This document shows, in pieces, positions 57,101 to 64,000 of a stretch of DNA of 64,000 nucleotides. The stretch is from positions 112,799 to 176,798 of the forward strand of contig CALMNW010000014.1 of NCBI GenBank assembly GCA_937872095.1, written 5' to 3'. Below the pieces are notes generated by a model. It was not told the DNA's origin, did no database searches, and saw only the letters and a list, made by a program, of their open reading frames with translations. The number at the start of each line of letters is the position of its first letter. Within the stretch, counting starts at the first letter, position 1. The position numbers and the translations under genes were made by a program. This stretch comes from an uncultured Verrucomicrobiota bacterium. Lineage in GTDB: Bacteria; Verrucomicrobiota; Kiritimatiellia; CAIQIC01; Lenti-01.

Positions 57101-60100
57101 CTCGTCCCACGTGCCGCCCACGCGGATTTCGTCGAAATACACGTGGTCGAGCGACGATCCGCCCTCGGCGGCAATGCCCGCGGCGAGACGGATGCCGGTG
57201 ATGCTGGAAACGCTGATGGCGTCGTTGCTGTAGTAGGCGATCGGAGGCGCATCGGCGTAGTTTTCCGGAATGCCGTAGCCCTGGTCGCGGTGGAACGCCC
57301 ACATCCGGACCGTATGGTTCGCGGAATCCAGTTCGCCCACCATCATGTAATCCGCGAAGTGGTTCGCCTCGAGCGTATAGGTGTTGCCGGGCGGATTGGT
57401 CGTGGTGATCGTGGACGCCGTGTCCACTTCGTAGATGCCCGCGAGGTTGCCCGAACCCGCCGGTTTGCCGAAGAAGACCTCCTCGTTGGTCGCGCCGGTG
57501 CCGCTCATGAGCGAGACGCCGACGAACTTGTTCGCGCCGTCGAAGTCCGCCGTCTTGTAGTTCATCATGAAGGCCACGAACGTGCGGCCGCTGCGCGGCA
57601 CCGACAGGACGCGATGGATCTGGCCGGTCACCGGCACGTTGGAATTGTAGATCCACTGCAGCTTGTTGGCGTACGGCGTCGGGTAGCCGATGGTCCCGCT
57701 CAACAGGTTCGTGTCGTCCACGTTCAAGAAGACGCGGTCGTCGCCCTGCCAGGCGCCGCTCCAGCCCTGGCCGGTGGCCAGACCGTCCTGATTGAGCAGC
57801 GTGACGTTGTTGGTGTAGGCGAACTGGTCGCAGATTTCGCCGCGCTCATACATCGGCGTCGTGACCGGGTTGGTTGCCGGCGACGCATAGGCGGCGGAAT
57901 AGGTCGTGCCGGCCCGGCCGAACAGGCGGAAGTAGTTGGCCGAATTGGGCGGCACCACGAGTTCGAGGTGGCTGTCCGCACCGATGCTCCCCAGATAGGC
58001 CACCGTGGCGTTGCCATAGACGTCGTTGACCGCGAGGCTGGTCCCCTTCGCGATGCTGTTGCTGGCGATGGCGCCGTTGGTGGACCACAGCAGCGCCACG
58101 GCGGCCGCATCGTTCAGATCCCAATTGAGCACGACCATTTCGGGACCGTCGGCCGCCGCCGTGAAGTTGGTCGGACACGCCACGTAGGCCGCGATGCCGA
58201 ACGAATACTGGTTCGTGGTCTGCGTCCAATCGCCGGGACGATCCGTATCGTAATCCGTGCTGACGATCTGGAAGATGAACTGCTGATCGACCGAGTTCAG
58301 CAAGTTGCCGTCGACGGTGGCGGTCAGCGCGGCGAACTCGTTGCTGATCCCTTCCCCATCCACGTCGGGGGTCATCGTCATCGAGCCGGTGGCGATCACG
58401 GTGCCGTTGCTGATGAGCGACCACACGTTGCTGGACGCATAGACGCCGCTCGGGATATCGGCCACCAGGCCGGTCACGATCAGGCCGCCCGGCAGGAAGT
58501 CGTTGGTCGCGAAATTCATGCCGTCCACGTTGAACCCGCTGTGTTCGGGCCCCTCGTCGTCTTCGTCGATCACCGTGAAGTTGAGCAGCGAATTCGTCGC
58601 CGTTCCCAGGGTCAGGATCTTGACGTTGTCGATCGTCATGCGCTTGTTGCTGCTCGACTTGTTGGTGATGCCGATCACCACGTCGTTGCTGAACGTCAGG
58701 CCGGAGATCGCATAGGTGTAGATGGTGACGGTATCCGGCGGCATGGCGGTCACGGTGCCGACGACGGTGCCGTTGACCAGCACGTCGTAGTCGAAAGCGC
58801 CGGATTCGGAGAAGGGACGCTTGTAGTCGAAGGTGATCGACGTGCAGCCGTTGGTAAGCTGAGGCGAAACCAGATAGCCCAGCGGACCGACGGTGGGCGC
58901 CTTGCCGGTCAACGGCTGGTCCCAGCGGGTGGCCTTGAACAACCACTCGCCGAGATCGGCGTTGTCGACGGGCCACGTTCCCGCGCTGGGCAAGTAGGAC
59001 GAGCTGTTGCTGACCACGTTGTTGAAGGTTTCCACAAGTTCCTGGACGCCGCCGCCGAGCGTCCGGTAGTTGACGTCGTCGACCATCTGGATGCCGTTGG
59101 AACTGATGGAGGTGACGCGAGCGGTATAGACGCCCAGCGTGGCGGGATAGAACGGAGGCGGCACGCCGACGAAGATGGTGCAGACGTTCCCCTCGTTCGT
59201 CACGGCGACCGTGGCGGAGAGCGGCACGTTTTCGACCGCGAGCGTGCCGTCCGGATAGAGCAGGTCGAAGCTGGCGCCGTCGGGCCGCATGCCGGTGTAC
59301 TGGTAGATGGTGAAGCTGGCCGACAGCTCGCCGTGGGCCGCCGCGTGGTCGGTCACCTCGTTGGGCACCGCGAGGGTGTCTTCGATGGAGTAGTCGATGA
59401 TTTCCGGCGGCGTGGTTTCGGGGTCGTAGCAACTGCCGAGCAGCTGGACCGTCGCGTCCGGATCGTTGACGGAATCGTTGTGGATCGTCATCGTCCAGTC
59501 GAAATAGCCGCCGCCGGCCGGCGTGAAGTACACCGTGATGTTGAGCGATTCGCCCGCCGGGATCGACACCTGGTCGACGTCCGACTCGAAGAGGGCGTAG
59601 CCCGTTCCGGTGAATTCGATGTCGTCGATGTACAGCGCCATGTTGCCGCTGTTAGTCACCGTGACCGTCATGTTCGAGGTCATCCCCACCCCGACCTGGC
59701 CGAAGTCCAGCGTGTCCGGATCCACCTGGAGGTACGGCGCCAAGATGCGGAAGTAATACTGGTTCGACGCCACCAAGGTGTCGCCGACGTACTCCGGATC
59801 GAGGTCGGAGCCGACGAGGGCCAGCACGTAGTTGCCGCCCGGCAGCGACGCGCGCGCCACGGAGGTGGAGAGCGACAGGGCCGCGGACATGCCGTCGCCG
59901 TTGACGTTGGTGCCCGCCGGCAGATAGCCGGAAGCGATCACCGTGGTGCCGGTGCGGAGGACGTAGCGGTTGCTGGCAACGACGAGGCCGCTGTCGTAGT
60001 CCTGGATGTCCCAGACGATGGGCAAACCGTCCGCCGGCACGTCCGCGAGGAGGATGTCCGGCCCGGGCGAACCGCTCGAAGGTTCGACGCCGCCGACGTA

Positions 60101-63100
60101 GACGTTGACGATTTCGGGGCCTTCCACGTCGTCGTCGTCCACGGTGAAGTGCATCAGCTTGCCGAGCGAGCCTTCCATCTCGTGGAACCCGAGGTCATCG
60201 ATCGTGTCGATGGCGTAGGTGGCCCATTCCAGATCGTTGTAGACCGAAGCCGCGTTGGTCACCGAGATCAGGCGACGGCGGGTGGTGTCCTGATAGTAGT
60301 TGCCGCCGCTGGGACTGGCGCCGAAGGCGTCCACGGGAACTTCTTCGCCGATGCCCTTCATCAGGAAGATGGAATCGTCGCCGTTGAAGGAGCAGATGTT
60401 GTCGTTGGTCCAGTCCGCCACGGCCAGGATGCCGGCGGCCGCGCCGGAATTCGCGATCACGAAGGTGTCGCCCGGATTCAGGATCCGATCAGGCAGTTCT
60501 TCGTAATCCCCCCATGCGGTCGTGTTGTCCCGTTGGAGGCGGAAACCGTAGTTGGAGATCACCACCGGCACGCCGGTGCCGTTGAAGATTTCAACGGCCT
60601 TGTTGTTGCTGCTGCCCTCGACGTATTCGGTGATGATCAGGTCGTCGGCGACCGTCACGCCGTCGGCGGTATAGAGCGTCTGGGTGGCGCCGATCAGGTT
60701 GGAGGCCATCAGCGTCACCTGGAGCTGGTAGTTGGTGGACGGCGTGGCCGGCCAGTAGCCCGGATGGGCGGCGTCGGACAGCGTATAGGACAGGCCGTCG
60801 GACGACGTCCAGGTGTCGAAGGCCTCGTTCGTCAGGATGACGTCGCCATCGTCGTTGACGAGGTTGTAGGACGCGCTGAGGAGGCCGCGCACGTGGAAGA
60901 CCTCGGCGGAGACGGCGAACACGCCGGAGGTGATCATGGCGTCGTTCACCCACCGGTTCTGGCCGACGAAGTAGTTGGAGACCATCGGCCAGTTGGTGGA
61001 CACGGTCGGGATGCCGGTGCCGATGATCTGGATCGGGTACGGATTCACGCCCGAGTTGTTCGACACCACCAAGGTGGCGGTATAGTTGCTGGTTCCGGAA
61101 TTCGTCGGCCAGAACGTGACGGTGAAGCTGTTGCTTTCCAGATACGTGAGGATGTCGTCGAAGCGGTTCGTGCTGATCGTGAAGTAGCCCGCGTCGGTTC
61201 CGGAGATCGTGATGGACGGGTCGTTGGTCACGTACAGCGGGACGTTGTCGCCGCCGCTGTTGGCGATCCAGACCGTCAGGTTGCTGGAGAGCGTGGATTC
61301 CACGTCGCCGAAGTCCACCAGCGACGGCCACGGGATCAGGCCGGGCTGGCCGATCAGTTCGGGCCAGATGGACGACACGCGGATTTCGTCCCAGATCGCG
61401 CCGCCGAGCCAGCCGGAATCGCTGCCGCCCTTGAGTTCGATGGACGTGAACTGCGAAATGGCGCCCAGACCCGACCATTCCGCATCCCAAGTCGCGGGTT
61501 CCAGGTACGGGATGTTTTCGCCGCGGTAGAAGCACTTGGCGTAGGCGGTGTCGACGTCGAAGTCGTACTTGATCACCATCCAGTACCAGTTGTTGGTGTC
61601 GGCATTCCATTCGTTCATGGCATAGGTGCTGAGGGCGTTCGCGCCGCCGCGGCGGATGCTGAACAGATTGCTCGCGCCGTACACCTTGCCGAATTCCAGT
61701 TGGGTGTTGTCGCCGTCCATCAGGCCGATGGTCATGTACTTGTTGGCGCTATCCACGTCGCCGTACCGGTAAGCCACGATGGCGCCCACGAAGATCGTGC
61801 CGCTGTTGGTGGCGGTGATCGTGCGGCGCGCGGTGTTGTTGCCCGTGCCGTTGGCTTCCAGCACGGCGCGGTTGCCGACGACGGTCGGGTAGTTCGACTG
61901 GGTGACGCGGAACATGGGCTGGCCGGTCACGCCGTTGGTCTGCACGGTCCAGCCGTGGCCCGCCCCGGCGGTCGTCAGGCTCCAGCCGGCGGTCCACTGG
62001 TGGCCACCGGTCTTGTTGGAGAAGCTGCCGACGTTCAGGTCCACGTTCGTGTAGGAGAAGGTTTCCGAATACACGTTCGAGGGATACGGCATGGTGATCA
62101 ACGGGCTGCCGGGGATCAGGCCGTCCGAGTAGTACGGATACGGCAAGCCCAAGCCGTCGCCCTGGATGCTGTAGATCCGGTAGTGGTTGGTGGCGTTCGA
62201 CGGCACCACGTGTTCGCGGAAGCCGGCGGCGGGGCCCTTGTAGACGACCGTCGCGGTGTCGATGGCGTCGCCCTGCGCGTAATTGGTGCTGGGCCACGGG
62301 AACTGGGTGACCTGGGCGACCGTCGAATGGAGCACGAGGATGGGATCGCCGTTCGGGTTGCCCGCGACCGTGGACCGGGTCATTTCGCGACCGTCCAGCG
62401 CCAGAACCGCGGACGTCACGTTGCTGACGGGGGTCCGGAAGCCGACGGCCGGAGCGCTCCACACGCCGGTGCTTTCGCTGGTGTCGTTGGTGCCCACGAT
62501 CCAATAGTAGTAGGGCCAGCCCGGAACGGCGGTCGTGTCGTCGAAGGTCACGACGTCGGCGGAAACGGTGCCGACGCAATCGGCCGTGTTGGTGTCGTAG
62601 GACAGGCTGCGCCAGACGCCGTAGGCGGTCTCGCCGACGATGTCGTCCCAGGTCACGACGACCTTGTTCGTATAGGTGCCTTCGGTGGCCGCCACGTTCG
62701 TCACCGTGGCCAGCCGGCGATAGCCCGTGTCGTTGGTGCCCACGGCGCTGGAGCCGGCCCGGTTCGTCGCCGTCACCCAGTAGTAATAGAGCTGGCCGGG
62801 AACGGCCGTCGTGTCGTTCCAGTTCGTCGTGCTCATCCCGTTCGTATGGATGGCGCCGGCGTTCGTCGCGCTGGCGATGTCGTCCGAGGTCCAGCGCCAG
62901 ATCAGGTAGCCGGTTTCCGTCGACATGTCGCTCCAGTCCAGCGCCACGTGGTTGGTGCTGGTGCCGTCGGACGCCTGCAGATCCAGCTCCGGCGGCGGCG
63001 ACGGCGGGGTCACCGTCGTGATCACCGGCTCGGTGTCCGAATTCGCGCTGACGCAGCCGCCGTCGCTTTCCGCGCGCACGCGGTAGTAGTAGGTCGCGTC

Positions 63101-64000
63101 TTCGACCAGGCCCGTCACGATCTGGCTGGTGGCGGGACTCGCCACGTACAGGTCCTCGTACCCGTCCACGTAGCTCGAACCGATGGTCGCGCCCATCACC
63201 TTGACGTCGTCGATGACCCAGACTTCGGACGACGCGTTGTTGGTCGTGACGATCTTGAGGGCCAGCGAGGAAGCCGTGTCGGGGATGGAGATGCGCGCGG
63301 TGGCGTAGTTGTTCTCGTTGGAGCCGGACTGCGGCGCCGACACGCTGACGGGCGTGCCCGCGACGGTTTCCACGACGCCCGTGGCGGTGAAGCCCCAGCG
63401 CGCGTTGGCGGTGGCGGCGCCGGTGATTTCGACGTCCGGAACGACGGCGAAGGCCGCGCCGTTCACCGCCACGTAGATCTCCACCTTGTCGGTCAATTCC
63501 GCGCCGTTGGTGTTGTTGGTCGCGATGCTGGCCACGTGCACTTCCACGGTGCGGGACATGTAGCCCTCGAGGGACGAAGCGGCGAGCTGCAGCGTGCCGG
63601 CGCCGTTGCGGCGCTGCCACGAATAGCTGCCCGTCCGGATGCGGCCGGCCGTCGGATTGTCGGTCAGCGGATTCTCGTTCGAAACGTAGGCGTTGCCCAA
63701 GGTGATGGTCCAGTTGTCGCCCACGCCGCCTTCGAAGCCCTGGCCCAGGAACGTTTCCTGCGCGCCGGCGGAGCCGCCCGTGAAGTACGGGTTCATGCTG
63801 ACGTCGAGCCGGTAGCCGTTCGCGCCCTCCGAAGCCTCCCACCAGGCCACGAAGCTGTTGGTCGTGATGTTTTCGGCCGGCAGCACCTGCGGCGGCGGCG
63901 GCGGCGAGGTCGTGTCGTCGTCCGCCAAGCCGTCCGAGTAGCGGCCGTCGTAGTACGAGAACATCATGTAGTAGTAGTGCGTGCAGCTGACCAGACCCGT
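51101..64000 (-). CDS. Giant repeat-rich extracellular/surface protein (FN3, lamin-tail (LTD), ASH/choice-of-anchor-D Ig-like and ConA/LamG-like modules); N-terminus beyond window
   Basis: 4,288-aa ORF from the first Met at 63967. The frame remains open through position 64000 (hand-checked), so the protein is longer and its signal peptide unseen. FN3 signatures (YYYRVRA, YYYWVTATN, YYYWIVGTN); two LTD modules (LIITEYVEGSSNNKAVEIFNGTG about 60.4-60.65 kb; LFFGEFGEGNNYDKYVEIYNGTG about 56.5-56.7 kb); ASH-like FGQVGVGMTSNMTVTVTNSGNMALYI about 59.5-59.7 kb. S/T/N-rich throughout. The antisense 1,136-aa ORF 53090..56500 has no motifs. Confidence 0.85.
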   Translation of the reverse strand, partial: TGLVSCTHYYYMMFSYYDGRYSDGLADDDTTSPPPPPQVLPAENITTNSFVAWWEASEGANGYRLDVSMNPYFTGGSAGAQETFLGQGFEGGVGDNWTITLGNAYVSNENPLTDNPTAGRIRTGSYSWQRRNGAGTLQLAASSLEGYMSRTVEVHVASIATNNTNGAELTDKVEIYVAVNGAAFAVVPDVEITGAATANARWGFTATGVVETVAGTPVSVSAPQSGSNENNYATARISIPDTASSLALKIVTTNNASSEVWVIDDVKVMGATIGSSYVDGYEDLYVASPATSQIVTGLVEDATYYYRVRAESDGGCVSANSDTEPVITTVTPPSPPPELDLQASDGTSTNHVALDWSDMSTETGYLIWRWTSDDIASATNAGAIHTNGMSTTNWNDTTAVPGQLYYYWVTATNRAGSSAVGTNDTGYRRLATVTNVAATEGTYTNKVVVTWDDIVGETAYGVWRSLSYDTNTADCVGTVSADVVTFDDTTAVPGWPYYYWIVGTNDTSESTGVWSAPAVGFRTPVSNVTSAVLALDGREMTRSTVAGNPNGDPILVLHSTVAQVTQFPWPSTNYAQGDAIDTATVVYKGPAAGFREHVVPSNATNHYRIYSIQGDGLGLPYPYYSDGLIPGSPLITMPYPSNVYSETFSYTNVDLNVGSFSNKTGGHQWTAGWSLTTAGAGHGWTVQTNGVTGQPMFRVTQSNYPTVVGNRAVLEANGTGNNTARRTITATNSGTIFVGAIVAYRYGDVDSANKYMTIGLMDGDNTQLEFGKVYGASNLFSIRRGGANALSTYAMNEWNADTNNWYWMVIKYDFDVDTAYAKCFYRGENIPYLEPATWDAEWSGLGAISQFTSIELKGGSDSGWLGGAIWDEIRVSSIWPELIGQPGLIPWPSLVDFGDVESTLSSNLTVWIANSGGDNVPLYVTNDPSITISGTDAGYFTISTNRFDDILTYLESNSFTVTFWPTNSGTSNYTATLVVSNNSGVNPYPIQIIGTGIPTVSTNWPMVSNYFVGQNRWVNDAMITSGVFAVSAEVFHVRGLLSASYNLVNDDGDVILTNEAFDTWTSSDGLSYTLSDAAHPGYWPATPSTNYQLQVTLMASNLIGATQTLYTADGVTVADDLIITEYVEGSSNNKAVEIFNGTGVPVVISNYGFRLQRDNTTAWGDYEELPDRILNPGDTFVIANSGAAAGILAVADWTNDNICSFNGDDSIFLMKGIGEEVPVDAFGASPSGGNYYQDTTRRRLISVTNAASVYNDLEWATYAIDTIDDLGFHEMEGSLGKLMHFTVDDDDVEGPEIVNVYVGGVEPSSGSPGPDILLADVPADGLPIVWDIQDYDSGLVVASNRYVLRTGTTVIASGYLPAGTNVNGDGMSAALSLSTSVARASLPGGNYVLALVGSDLDPEYVGDTLVASNQYYFRILAPYLQVDPDTLDFGQVGVGMTSNMTVTVTNSGNMALYIDDIEFTGTGYALFESDVDQVSIPAGESLNITVYFTPAGGGYFDWTMTIHNDSVNDPDATVQLLGSCYDPETTPPEIIDYSIEDTLAVPNEVTDHAAAHGELSASFTIYQYTGMRPDGASFDLLYPDGTLAVENVPLSATVAVTNEGNVCTIFVGVPPPFYPATLGVYTARVTSISSNGIQMVDDVNYRTLGGGVQELVETFNNVVSNSSSYLPSAGTWPVDNADLGEWLFKATRWDQPLTGKAPTVGPLGYLVSPQLTNGCTSITFDYKRPFSESGAFDYDVLVNGTVVGTVTAMPPDTVTIYTYAISGLTFSNDVVIGITNKSSSNKRMTIDNVKILTLGTATNSLLNFTVIDEDDEGPEHSGFNVDGMNFATNDFLPGGLIVTGLVADIPSGVYASSNVWSLISNGTVIATGSMTMTPDVDGEGISNEFAALTATVDGNLLNSVDQQFIFQIVSTDYDTDRPGDWTQTTNQYSFGIAAYVACPTNFTAAADGPEMVVLNWDLNDAAAVALLWSTNGAIASNSIAKGTSLAVNDVYGNATVAYLGSIGADSHLELVVPPNSANYFRLFGRAGTTYSAAYASPATNPVTTPMYERGEICDQFAYTNNVTLLNQDGLATGQGWSGAWQGDDRVFLNVDDTNLLSGTIGYPTPYANKLQWIYNSNVPVTGQIHRVLSVPRSGRTFVAFMMNYKTADFDGANKFVGVSLMSGTGATNEEVFFGKPAGSGNLAGIYEVDTASTITTTNPPGNTYTLEANHFADYMMVGELDSANHTVRMWAFHRDQGYGIPENYADAPPIAYYSNDAISVSSITGIRLAAGIAAEGGSSLDHVYFDEIRVGGTWDEVLNFTYPRVYDYYLDNNTNWVSDGQLAQPDTNYPVAFKVYHRTRISEAEFNLLDLQDPNVYLYNPTNQIVLSNTTYSSGWQLFTNIIVDRLPTNEVDLATYTSRVWITSTSLKETNTIVLSDQGGADDLFFGEFGEGNNYDKYVEIYNGTGAAIDLSQYYLASQTTPADKYVKWAHIFRLSDTTYWLDHGTTLAIVNGGLLGTTGTENSSARQEMVDALTAEGRSYILSTNDVLQVSGDDPVGLFRMSNTNEWIDICGIGPSEELAARYIMQRTEDAEVPWYYPEHVNTNQWDYRVWESDYLVGFTNFIATAGAYDRIVGLGGFIVFNVYDDDEDPPVAGTNTAVKVGTDPYVDMALTNGLRDVVLTAWSFTNSTVEGARIPWWGSLLTNAYITWTPLYLNELINVGTGGTTVNEMFDGFDQAVRGELYMAAIGSWGFSTANVPYVQFELPLVSAEDITLSWAERGGSHSFTNVSVQWSLTGLDGSFQTNALWPPWTMTDATDWRLRYIDLSGVVPKGSAKVYLKFVLGPGYGGNDGAFRMDNIQLIGVPDELQMTDAQIAESGYQIQVQGNVYDPGSGIQDAQAVMRMGSMTGTVDAGKANLVDDGKSEESTLWWNVGSATGAFSKADITDLVLESAAGAGIPLTIDVPDADLDRAGDILWFNGSLGRMRVLDDDTIRPKLTLTSMQPRSGILAQWLFLTKTNGTIATKTDSSVEVDVLKTGTLNGEDKVPYLFEVGPTGGTYAIRANAWHYNTKYWAASMVPEADMAVTNITFQSRFNSTNAPTYFYIRQFVDNVQVRQQGPYTFSGSTNGPIVTNTWYSFSQNYPTNVFVLPADQTTQFRIHGYYNATNNTGIGTYWSLHNLTFRQVVSDTNGVTEVSDEEFASGTYALQGHTWDSDSGICSTNNADATKHPRFSMNAPDGGVFVTNQVFNFASNFVDGEVLDELGGSFTADLPRPTYTNLMLGEYLGSSSVWDYDDDRTYDDLQMTGDLALYIVDNDLGVPSTVGVVRVNGMPVGSVTRETAPWTNQPEFIVTFDSVAVDQDPGTNYTAKQRILTGIGEYRVTTNDVASMAPSNRAAYGMPYAVAATNGALANYGFEMRDVGWTTNGDSFFHFQGRYGDTNEPYEGTNCLKTANGGSASQFIEFRNLASNPPVVGVSGWYRCDTVAGATFRIEAFAATNLVTPTDTENLSLPETNEWTAFSIAPAVAVGDNETEVLKISLIDGGGNTTYWDDIRLSVDIGTNLPSMRFTATAANQGISNPSYLFAVDADNNRANDRMGGDPVEFYTAYDVTPPTPVATIGYATGASTELVDDPTTQFDVQWYTANVGPDLTTHSNYPSWGLTEPVPRDILSPWRSYKIYYGVFNSMDVPSDDNPSSTDTGFIYTNFIATGTYRTWPSATWNTPISDPSATGTNYLALTNLPQNKIRLYDLDFDQDYAVVIVGVDRAGNEGPANISSWATNNTIKFALTRGWTLPKSDALAAFPSAGSLTRTNVDTAAGLAWLAAGFQTNGVYTNVTKDYDLIYWDASTFRESTNNTWQLVGTVRSNWFVDDGGQARDRGDIRFYRASYKDRWKTFREAVISNETVVLPQRPLASEEVYAIHNIVLSAGQNFVSLHGVPYTNTFEGVFGGVESFPGGASALDGTKVEFFSWGTNAPLAEAFYLTQSGQWIRENDSTDVTTMLMSNDFFSRGFSITLPDPLPEGYVNTNAWTDYTKTSSVPAMIWSAIAQVPTNAAGFSEVIHCGNRYDPIAPVYNVVSLRLPVAAHPSQMRLVSSGFTKGLRGQSDEIYTLDTTTKSVLRGSTIYCDTNSVWRFVSNNGLVPGGYFKPNDVIVIVSKNGGLGNSWTWYYYPTDFYPQLPTRWMGWTGTPTLPDLADEPTANANSLIFTNVSATQIGMSWTSGNGARRIVVVRQGTTTTWTPLDGVAPEGVNVDFMQALDKGDGNKICYDGTGSAFLLQGLNPGLWYAVKIYEYNGTGLTVNYLTGGTVLAGAQSTN

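Overview
High-GC (~65%) bacterial chromosomal segment, taxon unassigned, with dense, mostly minus-strand coding and many 4-nt ATGA/GTGA stop/start overlaps. Because of the GC content nearly every real gene is shadowed by long alternative-frame or antisense ORFs in the supplied track. I kept only ORFs with recognisable family motifs or signal peptides and trimmed several N-terminal over-extensions to internal starts with RBS or overlap support. Four blocks: (i) 1-21 kb, an ABC-transporter-dependent (Wzm/Wzt) glycan locus with five SAM methyltransferase domains, several GT2/GT4/GT-A enzymes, three polytopic GT-C-like membrane proteins, an Fdt-like trio (3,4-ketoisomerase, DegT aminotransferase, LbH acetyltransferase) and an AsnB-like amidotransferase domain; (ii) 21-26 kb, hisG, a 29-aa bS22-like ribosomal protein missed by the ORF track, a TPR lipoprotein and a nucleotidyltransferase-kinase fusion; (iii) 26-40 kb, one co-directional run mixing housekeeping genes (recD2, tyrS, ilvE, pta) with more glycan genes (GT4, FAD oxidoreductase, SDR, GT-C, rfbF, rfbG); upstream of it, between the recD2 stop and the preceding PNPOx-like gene, lies an array of TTTTCCAC/GTGGAAAA repeats; (iv) 40-64 kb, GT14, glf, two tandem secreted GH13 paralogs, tRNA-Gly(CCC), a secreted HExxH protein, hflX and a giant (>4,299 aa, N-terminus outside the window) repeat-rich surface protein. 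No transposases, integrases or CRISPR arrays were seen.
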